NCBI GenBank assembly: GCA_963749495.1
Contig: CAVVMW010000021.1
Span: forward strand, 288,001 to 352,000
Origin: an uncultured bacterium
GTDB lineage: Bacteria; Verrucomicrobiota; Verrucomicrobiia; Limisphaerales; UBA8199
Direction: 5' to 3'
Length of the DNA stretch: 64,000 nucleotides
Shown here: positions 51,389-60,340 of the stretch, piece by piece
Layout of the letters: every line of letters begins with the position of its first letter
How positions within the stretch are numbered: position 1 is the stretch's first letter
Notes under the pieces: generated by a model
Database searches by the model: none
The model's input: the letters and a program-made list of their open reading frames with translations, nothing else
What the model was told of the DNA's origin: nothing
Made by a program: the position numbers and the translations under genes

Positions 51389-51859
51389 TCAGAGCGCGAG
51401 GAACTGTGGGCGGAGGCCCTTGGAGTCCGAGTGGAGCAGGGCGATGGTGCGGGGCAGGGCGAAGCGGGGTTTGCCGGCGTAGCCCGGGTTGAAGAAGAGG
51501 ATGCCGTGGGAGGTATCGCAAAACGGCTTGTGGGAGTGGCCGAACACGACGGCCGCGGGCCGCTCGCGGGCGATGGCGGCGCGGAGCGAATCGCTCGGGG
51601 CAAGGGGATTGACAATATGGTGCAGGAGGAACCTGCGGCCATCGAGCTCGACGGTTTCGAAGAGTTTGAAGCCAAGAAACGGGTCGTCGGTATTGCCCGC
51701 AACGGCGGTGACGGGGGCGAGCAGGCGCAATTGGGCCAGCAGCCAGGGCTGGCCGATGTCTCCGGCGTGGAGGATGTGCTCGACGCCCGCGCCCCGGAAC
51801 AGCCCCGGAATGGTCGAATCCAGGAAATTGTGCGTGTCGGAGATGACGCCGATGGTCAT
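51389..51859 (-). CDS. YfcE-like metallophosphoesterase
   Basis: SDTH, HAGD, GNTD, GHSH and NPG motifs. Confidence 0.92.
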   Translation of the reverse strand: MTIGVISDTHNFLDSTIPGLFRGAGVEHILHAGDIGQPWLLAQLRLLAPVTAVAGNTDDPFLGFKLFETVELDGRRFLLHHIVNPLAPSDSLRAAIARERPAAVVFGHSHKPFCDTSHGILFFNPGYAGKPRFALPRTIALLHSDSKGLRPQFLAL

Positions 51860-52485
51860 CAAGCGTCTTGCGGTTTGACGCCCTCTTCGCTTTCCGGCTC
51901 CGCGTCTTCGGCAGGCTTCTCCTCGGCCTCTTTTTCCTCGGCTGGTTCCGGGGCTTCGCTCAGCTTCATGGCGCCGGCGAACAGGCCGGTGAACAAGCCG
52001 CCACTCAGGAGTGTATTGCGGAAGAATTCGAGCGTGGTCGGGTAGCCGTTGGTGCCCTTGGTCAGGGCGATGAGCCAGCCTGAGAGGTCTTTGGGGTATT
52101 CCGGGTTGGCGAGCCATGCCGCCGTGTTGGTGATCAGGTAGAAGACGATGGCGCCCAGGATTCCCCCCGAGAGCAGGCGCACGAACGAGGACCGCGGGCT
52201 GAAGCGGGTGCCGAACCAGATGATGCAGCCGTAGGCGCCGTAATTGACCAGCATCCCCGCCGTGAAGGCCTGGACGTGATAGTAACACAGGTTGAGGACG
52301 ATGTTGGTGAACACCAATGTCCCCAGCGGCAGCCACCACTTCGTTGTGCGGGGGAAGAAGGCGCCGGCGCAAAAGGCCAGGCCGTAGAACGCGCTGAAAT
52401 TGGGCGGGAACAATTTGGGCCAGCGCGACAATGCGGCCAGCGCCATGAACAGATACGGCAGGCACTTGCTCCACTTCTCAGTCAT
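51859..52485 (-). CDS. DUF6580-like membrane protein (putative ECF S-component)
   Basis: PPNFS, FYLITN and FFRN motifs; hydrophobic helices. Confidence 0.7.
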   Translation of the reverse strand: MTEKWSKCLPYLFMALAALSRWPKLFPPNFSAFYGLAFCAGAFFPRTTKWWLPLGTLVFTNIVLNLCYYHVQAFTAGMLVNYGAYGCIIWFGTRFSPRSSFVRLLSGGILGAIVFYLITNTAAWLANPEYPKDLSGWLIALTKGTNGYPTTLEFFRNTLLSGGLFTGLFAGAMKLSEAPEPAEEKEAEEKPAEDAEPESEEGVKPQDA

Positions 52486-52570
52486 GCGGGCAGCATACTT
52501 TTCCGAGGCCCAATGGCAAGGGCTTCGTGGGTTCTGGGTTAAGGCCTCAGCGGGAGTGACACGGCAGGCG

Positions 52571-52722
52571 GACCCCTCACCCCAACCCTCTCCCCATCGG
52601 ATGGGGAGAGGGAGAGTTCTGCGTCGCGGCTTGAGGAAGCGGAGACGGTTGGAAGTTCCGGAGACTGCTGACGCTTCTCCCTCTCCCCTTCGGAAGGGGA
52701 GAGGGTTGGGGTGGGGTGGGGC
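52571..52722. repeat. Family A element
   Basis: Read directly. Confidence 0.9.
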
Positions 52723-52773
52723 TCCGCCCGGCACTGCGTCTCCGCCTTGATTGACCGACTACATTCTGGGGGA

Positions 52774-54139
52774 TTACGGCTTGGCGTGGCTCAGGGCGTA
52801 GGCGCGGGCGGTGGTGTAGTACTTGGCGAGCATGCAGGGCACTTCCCAGGCGGGCATTTGGTTGGCAGCCAGGAAGCCCAGGTAACGCTCCGTGACCTGG
52901 CCAAAATGGGCTTCGTGGCCGACGCCGTATTTTTGGGGAACAACGATTTGCCAGGATTGGCCGGCGGCTTTCAGGTCGAGGCCGGGCCAGGTGGCGGAGA
53001 GTCTGGCGACGGCTCCGCGGAGGACTTGCTCGAAGACGGCGGGAGCGATGCCCGGGTTTGGCTCGACATAGAGGGTGGGGACATAGTGCTGCTCGGGGCC
53101 CTGGACGACGCGCAGCGAGGCGGTCGTGCCCCGCAGGACCGAGAAATGGCTGTCTTGGGCGCCAGGCGGGGCCTCGAATCGCCACAGGGCGCGGACTTTG
53201 GCATGGACGCCGCGCAAGGACCAGGCGACCTCGCCGTTTTGAAAGACCTCCAGCGCGCCGTCGGAGCGCACATCCGGTTTCAAAAAATCGGGGTAATCGT
53301 CCAGTCCGGTCACGCGCCGGAACTGTTCGAGGGAGAGCGTAGTGGGCCAGCGGCGAGCGGCATAGACCCGGACATCCTTCTGCCAATCCAGGGCCTGCTC
53401 GGGGAAGCATTCCCATTGGACCAGGTTGACCAGGTGGGTGCCCACGTCGGGGATGGCCTCCCCTTGCTGGCGGACATCGAAGAACCAGGCGGGCCGGCTC
53501 AGGGGCTTGCCGGCCACCTCTTTGAAGAAATGGTGGATGCTCTCCATCTCGACGGCCGCGCGCTCCGGTGAGCCGGGTTCGAGGAGGCCGAAGACGTTGG
53601 AATCTCGGGCCAACTCGCGCTGGAGGATGCTGGCGATCTCGTAGCGCTCGGTCATGATGTCGTAGAGCAGGACTTTCCTGGCGGCGGCGGTCGCGAAGGC
53701 CCGACGGAGGAGTTCGAAGCCATCGGGGGTGATGGACATCGGCTTGTCGGCCAGGACGTTGAGCCCAGCCGTGACGGCCCGCTCGATGTACTCGGTTTTC
53801 CGGGCGTTGTTGCCGGAGATGACGACGACGTTGCCCGCTTTGTCCCGGACCATCCGTTCGAGGAAATCGGGGCCGGCATAGACCTTCTCCTCCCAGTGGG
53901 TGGGGTTGTCGGGGCGGGTGTTGAAGCTGGTGATGCGCTTGAGGTGCTCATCGAGGTCCGGCCCGGCGGGGGCATACACGTGCACCGTGGGGCTCGACCT
54001 CGGGGTACATGAGCTTCTGCACCAGGCCGGCGTGGAAATGACCGGGGTCGAGCGTGATGAGCCGCACGGCGGCCTCCGCTGCACCCGCCGACGTTACAAG
54101 AAGAAAGGAAACAAACAAAAAGGCAAAGAGAAGTTTCAT
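52774..54139 (-). CDS. Secreted putative oxidoreductase (Gfo/Idh/MocA-related), with a frameshift near 53990
   Basis: Signal peptide; [20 protein letters not shown] and GHEAHF motifs. Confidence 0.82.
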
Positions 54140-54176
54140 AGGTCTTACAGGAAACGGAGGAAACGAACAACATTTT

Positions 54177-54242
54177 ACAGAAGGAAACGAAGGAAACAAA
54201 GGGCCATAGGGCGGGGCCTTCGTTTCCTTCGTTTCCTTCTGT
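54177..54242. repeat. Inverted doublet of ACAGAAGGAAACRAAGGAAACRAAG downstream of the second GxxExxY gene
   Basis: Arms at 54177-54201 and 54218-54242. Confidence 0.9.
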
Positions 54243-54251
54243 GAGTCTCTT

Positions 54252-54655
54252 TCAAGGTTGGTTGGCACCGGGCAGAATGAGACGGTGAATGCCGTTCACG
54301 AGCTTGAGTTCATGAAAGTTGATCAGGAGGCCAACGGGGATGTCGAGCAGCTTCATGTAACTGAGGAGTTTGGCCTTGTGGATGGGGAGGACTTCCTGAA
54401 CCGCTTTGAGTTCAAGGAGCAGGCAATCTTCGGCCAGAACGTCAAAGCGGAGCGGCTCCTCAAAAACGATTCCCTTGTACTCGATCTTGACGTCCCGCTG
54501 GTTGACCGCGGCTACGCCTCGAAGGCTCAATTCGCGCAGGAGGCACTTTTCATAAATGCTCTCGATGAGCCCGGCCCCTTAAGCCGATGCACCTCAATGG
54601 CTGCGCCAATCACCGTATGGCTGAGTTGGTCGGCCTTTTGGAACAGCGGATGCAT
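54252..54655 (-). CDS. GxxExxY protein, with a frameshift near 54570
   Basis: [24 protein letters not shown] and GLLINF motifs; one G missing in a G-run. Confidence 0.88.
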
Positions 54656-54699
54656 GGGTGGATACTACAGAAGGACACCATGAAAACAAAGGACATATC

Positions 54700-54851
54700 A
54701 CAGAAGGAAACAAAGGAAACGAAGAACTGAAAGGAGAATTGCTCGCTCGTGGATGGGACAGACTCGCTTGGGAACGCCCGGGCTCCAGACGTGTAAGGCT
54801 GGCTGGGCCGGCCTGACTCTTCTATTTTTTGTTTCCTTCGTTTCCTTCTGT
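54700..54851. repeat. Inverted doublet of the same 25-bp repeat upstream of the second GxxExxY gene
   Basis: Arms at 54700-54724 and 54828-54851. Confidence 0.9.
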
Positions 54852-54859
54852 GGATTCCT

Positions 54860-56308
54860 TTAGGCTTTCTTGAGCAGGGCGTCGCTCCCGTAAGGGGCGC
54901 GTTGGGGGCGGGAGCGGAGGGCGTTGGCCTCGGGGTCGTCCGGGAAGGCCTCTTTGACGGGGTCCCAGCGGAGTTTGCGGCCCAGTTTCATGGCTATCCA
55001 GCCCAGTTCGCAGGCGCTGGTGGCGCGGTGGGCCTGCTCCGGCGAGGTGGCTGCGCGGCCCCGCGAACGGATGCTCTGGAGCCAGTCCAGGTGGTGGTCT
55101 GAACTCTTGTAGAGATGGATTTCGTTGGGGCCGATTTTGGAGTCGAGGATCTTGGGGTCGCTGGCGGCGATCGGCTGGTCTTTGGTGACGTTGGGGTCGC
55201 TGGCAGTAGCGCGGGCGCCGCCGCGGCTCACGAAGAGCCAGCCATCGGAACCTTCGAAACGCACGCCGTTGGCGTAGTGATCGTCGAGGATCATCGTGAC
55301 GCCGTTGGCGTATCTGGCCTCGATGTGGTAAGGGCCATGCACGTTCCACAGGCCCTGCTTGGGGAACTCTGCGCGGCCTTCGATCTCGATAGGGCCGGTC
55401 AGTTCGGTGTCCATGCCCCAGTGTGCGATGTCAACGTGGTGCGAGCCCCAGCCGGTGATCATGCCCAGGCAATACGACTCGATGCGCAGCCAACCGGGGC
55501 GGTCGGTGACGTTGACCTCTTCCACGAGTTGGCCGCCCTGGCGGCGGTGCTGAGGGTGGACGCGGTTTTCAGTGTAGGGCGCCAGCGGGGTGCAGCCCAA
55601 CCACATTTCGTAATTGAGGTGGGGTGGCACGGGCATCTCCTTTTCGACTTGGCCGGCTGGGTCGGTGGGCAGGCCCACGCGAACGGTGTGCAGCGTGCCG
55701 ATGCGCCCGTTGCGCACCAGTTCGACCCCGCGCCGGAACTGGGGCCAGGGGGCGTCGGAGCGTTGCTGGCTGCCGATCTGAAAGGCGCATTTCTTTTCAC
55801 GAAGGATGTCGCTGACGATCCGGCCTTCGGACAGCGTCATCGAGAGCGGCTTCTGCACATAAACATCCTTGCCGGCCAGTGTGGCGGCCATGATCAGCTC
55901 GGCGTGCCAATGGTCGGGCGTGCTGATGGCCACCGCATCGATGGCGGGGTCTTTGAGCAACTCGCGGTAGTCGCCGTAGCTCTTGACCTCGAGCGGCGCG
56001 CGGGCGCCGGTCTTATCGGCATAGTGCCGCTCGACGCGTTCTTTGGCCCTGGCCAGGCGCTTGGAATCCAGGTCGCACACGGCCACGATGCGGGCGGCGT
56101 TGTAGTGCTTGAGAATTCCGGGCATGTCCATCTCGTTGGCAATGCGGCCGCAGCCAATCTGGCCGACATGGATGAGATTGCTCGGGGCGCTCTGGCCGAA
56201 GACCGAGGAGGGCAAGATGGCCGGAACGGCCAGCACGCCGGCTGCGGAGACCCGGATGAAGCGGCGACGGGAGAGGACGGCTGCAGGCAGGGGGTTAAGT
56301 TTGGTCAT
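54860..56308 (-). CDS. Tat-exported Gfo/Idh/MocA oxidoreductase
   Basis: SRRRFI signal; IGCG, STPDHWH, QKP, GSQQRS and WGSHH.D motifs. Confidence 0.93.
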   Translation of the reverse strand: MTKLNPLPAAVLSRRRFIRVSAAGVLAVPAILPSSVFGQSAPSNLIHVGQIGCGRIANEMDMPGILKHYNAARIVAVCDLDSKRLARAKERVERHYADKTGARAPLEVKSYGDYRELLKDPAIDAVAISTPDHWHAELIMAATLAGKDVYVQKPLSMTLSEGRIVSDILREKKCAFQIGSQQRSDAPWPQFRRGVELVRNGRIGTLHTVRVGLPTDPAGQVEKEMPVPPHLNYEMWLGCTPLAPYTENRVHPQHRRQGGQLVEEVNVTDRPGWLRIESYCLGMITGWGSHHVDIAHWGMDTELTGPIEIEGRAEFPKQGLWNVHGPYHIEARYANGVTMILDDHYANGVRFEGSDGWLFVSRGGARATASDPNVTKDQPIAASDPKILDSKIGPNEIHLYKSSDHHLDWLQSIRSRGRAATSPEQAHRATSACELGWIAMKLGRKLRWDPVKEAFPDDPEANALRSRPQRAPYGSDALLKKA

Positions 56309-56372
56309 AGTGGAATCCTTTCAAATTTCAAGTTTCAAGTTCCCCATCCAGCGCCTGATTCAGGTCCGGCGG

Positions 56373-57154
56373 TTACTTTGTCTCTCCCATGGCCCAGCGG
56401 ATGCCGCCCAGGATGAGCTGGGTCAGCCTGGGGTCCGAATAATGTTCCGGCTTGTGGCCCAGGGCGGTGTACCACTCGCGTCCGCCGTCGAACTGGTGGC
56501 GCCACGCCAGGGGGAACTCGTCGCCGAAGAGCCTGCCGGGGTACTGGCCCTTGGCGGGGTCGTCGAGGCTCGCCAGGTCGCCCGCCAGCAGCACGTGGAG
56601 GTCGTTGGCCATGTTATCCACGAAGTAAAACTCGTCGGTCCACTGGAACGAGGCAGGCAGATGGGCGGTCGAGGGGTCATTGGGGTCTTTGACCTTGACG
56701 GTGAAGGGCTGGAGCCTGGGGTGGCGCTTGAATTTGCCGCCGAGCATGGACCAGAACCACGGCCACTGGCGCATCGAACCGCAGGCCGAGTGAATGCCCA
56801 CAAATCCGCCCCCGGCGCGAATATAGGCCTGCAAGGCGGCCTTTTGCTCGTCCGTGTCGAGGATCTCGTTGTTGGTGTTGTCAAAAACCAGGGCCTTGTA
56901 ACGCTTGAGATTGCCCTCGGTGAAAACGGCCGGGTCGTCCGATACGTCCACGGCAAAGTGGTTTTCCGCGCCGAGCTTTTTGATAGCAGCCACGCTGGCG
57001 GCAATGTTGTCGTGGACGTAAAGTCCCTGGCCGACCTGGTTTCTCGTATAGACCAGCACACGGGGTCCGGTGTGCCGGCGGCGGCCGGGAGCGGGAGCGT
57101 CAGGCAGCCCAGGAGGAGGCAAGCCGCAATCATCATTCGAGGCATGAGGCGCAT
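56373..57154 (-). CDS. Secreted ThuA-like domain protein, with a frameshift near 57063
   Basis: Signal peptide in one frame; VLVYTRN, GGGFVGIHSA, DEFY and YTALGH in the next. Confidence 0.85.
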
Positions 57155-57303
57155 AGGCAGTTTCTGGTACTACGTTGGCTCAGTTGTTGCCGGGCCGTGT
57201 CGGGGCGGGGCTCTCCAGCGCTGCCCCCGCAGCCTGGCGGCATTATGATCGCCCTGGGCAGGTTATCAAGCGGGAAGCAACGCCCCCGGTTCTACCTTGG
57301 TAT

Positions 57304-57370
57304 CTTTGTCGCAACCTTTGTCGCAACCTTTGTCGGACCGGGCATTTTGCGACAAAGGCCGCGACAAAGG
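57304..57370. repeat. Inverted 12-bp tandem doublet (same family as 11195-11300)
   Basis: Read directly. Confidence 0.88.
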
Positions 57371-57395
57371 CCCGCAACACGAGTGCTTCGGCCCC

Positions 57396-58373
57396 TCACC
57401 TCACCAGTCGGCGCCAGGCGGCGGGAAAGGGATAGGCCAGAACGGAGCGCCAGATCAGGCCCTTGACCTGGGAGCGGCTGATCTTGAGCCGGTGGGCGGC
57501 ATCGAGGACGTTTCCGCAGCGCAAGAGCTTGAGCGTCTCGACTCCGATCAGAATGGGCCAGGCGCAAGCCAGACGCACACGGGTGCAGCCGCGCGGCAGC
57601 GCGTCGGTATAGTCCCAGCCGGCCAGCAAATGGCCCTTCGCCCGGTCCAGCAAAGCATTATAGAGCGGGCGAAGCCGGGCCTCGTTGGCGGGTTCGAGGA
57701 GATCCGGCGGGGCCAGCTTGCAGTCCGCCAACGCATCCGCCGGCAGGTAGCATCGCCCTTTCCTCAAATTGACGGGCAAATCGCGCAGGATATTGACCAA
57801 TTGCAATCCCTTGCCAAAGCGGACGCCATTGGCAAGGAGAAGGGCTTCATCGAGCGGCGCTTTGGGGAAGAGATGGGCGCGGCACATCCGTGTCCAGAAC
57901 TCGCCCACGCAGCCGGCGACGCGATATGTGTAATCGTCCAGCTCGGCGTCTGTGCGGAGGCTGATGATTCTCCAGGCCGAGGCGCCGGCGAACCGGCGCA
58001 GGTCCAGGTCCTGTCCGCTGGTGATGATGTCGAGCACCTGGCGGACGCGTTGCTGGTCGGCGGGGGCCAGGGCCTGGAGCAGCGCCAGGCTCTCTTCAAT
58101 CCGGTCCAGCAGCCGGCCTTCGGCAGGGGAGCCCTGGCGCCGTGCCAATTCGCCCAGGTCCAGCGGAGCCTGGCTCTGGCCCAGGATGCGCCGGCGCAGG
58201 GCCTCCAGTGCCGCCAACCGGCGCTCCAGGGACACCAACTCCGTGTCCGCAATCGTGTCCGTGGTGCGCGCCAGCAAATAGGCCAGCCCGATTTGCGGCC
58301 GAATCCGCCCCGGCAGCACGCGCAACGTGAGGTAGAACGAGCGCGAGACATCCTTGAGGAGGGAGGTCAGCAT
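57396..58373 (-). CDS. Phytoene/squalene synthase family protein (start approximate)
   Basis: VSRSF, DTIAD, Y.VAGCVG and LQLVNILRD motifs. Confidence 0.9.
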   Translation of the reverse strand: MLTSLLKDVSRSFYLTLRVLPGRIRPQIGLAYLLARTTDTIADTELVSLERRLAALEALRRRILGQSQAPLDLGELARRQGSPAEGRLLDRIEESLALLQALAPADQQRVRQVLDIITSGQDLDLRRFAGASAWRIISLRTDAELDDYTYRVAGCVGEFWTRMCRAHLFPKAPLDEALLLANGVRFGKGLQLVNILRDLPVNLRKGRCYLPADALADCKLAPPDLLEPANEARLRPLYNALLDRAKGHLLAGWDYTDALPRGCTRVRLACAWPILIGVETLKLLRCGNVLDAAHRLKISRSQVKGLIWRSVLAYPFPAAWRRLVR

Positions 58374-58475
58374 GCCCGGATTGGAGCGTTGGATGTGCGT
58401 GCCATGCGGGCCATAGACTAGCCAGGAAGGCAGCATGAAGGCGAGATCAAACCCTGGGAGATCTGGCTGACGCCC

Positions 58476-58680
58476 AGGGACGTTGACAAAGTCGTAGCGC
58501 AGGTTTCCAAACCTGCCGTATCGCCGATTTCCAAATCGGCAGGGCGTTCAACATATCGGGCGCGCCCGGTTTGCGGACGGCCTGCGGGTTTGGAAACCCG
58601 CGACACAGCAGACTTGGAAGTCTGCGCTACGCTGGCGCCCCTGGCGCACAGGCGCACCGAGCGACCTTGTCAATAGCCCT
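58476..58680. mobile_element. Family F MITE-like element (second copy)
   Basis: Matches 51127-51327. Confidence 0.8.
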
Positions 58681-58693
58681 GGCCCCCATGGCC

Positions 58694-58764
58694 TCCCTTT
58701 TGTCCCTTTCGTCCCTTTCGTCCCTTCAACAAGGGACAAAAGCGACAAAAGCGACAAAAGGGAC
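58694..58764. repeat. Inverted doublet of 9-bp units (GTCCCTTTY)n / (AAAAGSGAC)n
   Basis: Read directly. Confidence 0.85.
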
Positions 58765-58834
58765 GGACTTCGGATTTCGCATTCTCTGGCCCACCGAGTT
58801 GACCTTTTGCGCGCGAGCCTCCATGCTCGAAGGC

Positions 58835-60075
58835 ATGCAAGATGTGGCGGTGCTCAAGACGTACCTGGAACAACACCTGCCTGCGGGCCTGGAGCTGCTG
58901 CGGGAAATGGTTGGCATCAACAGTTTCACGGGCAATCCGGAGGGGGTGAACCGGCTGGGCCGCTTTACGGCGCAGTGTTTTGCGCCGTTGGGTTTCCAGG
59001 CCCAGTTCGTGCCCTCGACCAACCCGGCCTGGGGCAAGCACCTGGTCATGGTCCGGCCCGGACGTTCGGGCAAGAGCATCGCCTTGATCTCGCACCTGGA
59101 CACGGTCTTTCCGCCGGAGGACGAGGCGCGGAACAACTTCCGCTGGCAGCGCGAGGGGGATCGCATCTTTGGTCCCGGCACGGTGGACATCAAGGGCGGG
59201 ACGGTGATGATGTGGCTGGTGCTCTGGGCCTTGCGCCAGCACGCGCCGGAGGTCTTCGAGGCGATAAGCTGGAAGCTCATCTGGAACTCGTCCGAGGAGG
59301 CCTTCTCGCCCGACTTCGAGCAGGCCTGCCGCAGCCGTTTCGACGCGGCCACGCTGGCGGCGCTGGTGTTCGAGGCCGAAGAGCATGCGGGCCAGGAAAG
59401 CCTCCTGGTGACGGGCCGAAAAGGCCGGGGGGCCTGGCGCGTGACGGCGACGGGCCGCGCTGCGCACGCGGGGGGCAGACACCCGCACGGGGCCAATGCC
59501 ATCGTTCAACTGGGCCTCACGCTCCAGCGCATCGCCGCGCTCACCGACTATTCGCGGGACCTCACCTTCAATGTGGGCACCATCTCCGGCGGCACGGTGG
59601 TCAATCGCGTCCCGCACGCGGCCACGGCTGAGGGGGAATATCGCGCCTTCTTGCCGCAGGTCTGCGCCCAGGCCAGGGAATCCCTGCTGGCCTTGAACGG
59701 GCCCGGCGAGGTGCGCAGCCCGGCCGACGGCTATGCCTGCCACGTCAAGGTCGAGATCGTCGAGGAGTGGCGCCCCTGGCCGCCCAACGCGGCCACCGAC
59801 CGCCTCTGCCAATTCTGGACGCAGGCGGGCGCCCAACTCGGCCTGCGCGTTGGCGGCCAGGCCCGCGGGGGCTCAGCGACGGCAACGGCATCTGGGACGC
59901 CGTTCCGACGCTCGACGGCCTTGGGCCCTGGGGTGACAACGACCATTGCTCCGAGCGCAGCCCCGACGGCTCCAAACTGCCCGAGTTCGTTTCCGCCGCC
60001 TCGTTCGTCCCCAAGGCCGCCCTGAATGTGCTGGGGATCTTGAAGCTGGCCGCGCCGGCCGTTGCGCGCGCATAG
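58835..60075 (+). CDS. M20 family metallopeptidase (carboxypeptidase G2-like), with a frameshift near 59870
   Basis: SHLDTV, DIKGG, SEE, AAHAG and SDGN..DGLGP.G...H motifs. Confidence 0.88.
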
Positions 60076-60116
60076 CCCGCATCCTGAGCAGTCCCTGCGG
60101 TGCATTGCAGAGGGAC

Positions 60117-60264
60117 GACCCCTCACCCCGGCCCTCTCCCCTCCCAGGGGAGAGGGAGAAGCTTCGCCCGTCTCTGGAACTTGCGAGCATGTCCGCTTCC
60201 TCCTGCCGCTACCGAGGATTCTCCCTCTCCCCTTCTGAAGGGGAGAGGGCCGGGGTGAGGGGTC
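60117..60264. repeat. Family A element
   Basis: Read directly. Confidence 0.9.
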
Positions 60265-60340
60265 TGCCCGCGGTGCCGCTCGCGCCTGCACTGAGGTATT
60301 ACCTGGTGCGGTGTAACCTCCTGCCCCGCCCGCGCGTATA

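Noticed and set aside
52486..52770. Riboswitch upstream of the DUF6580-like transporter
   Set aside because: No recognisable aptamer motif; the region is mostly a family A repeat. An Infernal/Rfam scan would settle it.
4749..60075. About ten frameshifted genes as true pseudogenes or programmed frameshifts (DHH, galM, C45, Deg paralogue, radical SAM, oxidoreductase, GxxExxY, ThuA, M20)
   Set aside because: Almost all are single-base indels in short homopolymers with both halves intact, which is typical of long-read consensus error. Read data are needed to confirm.
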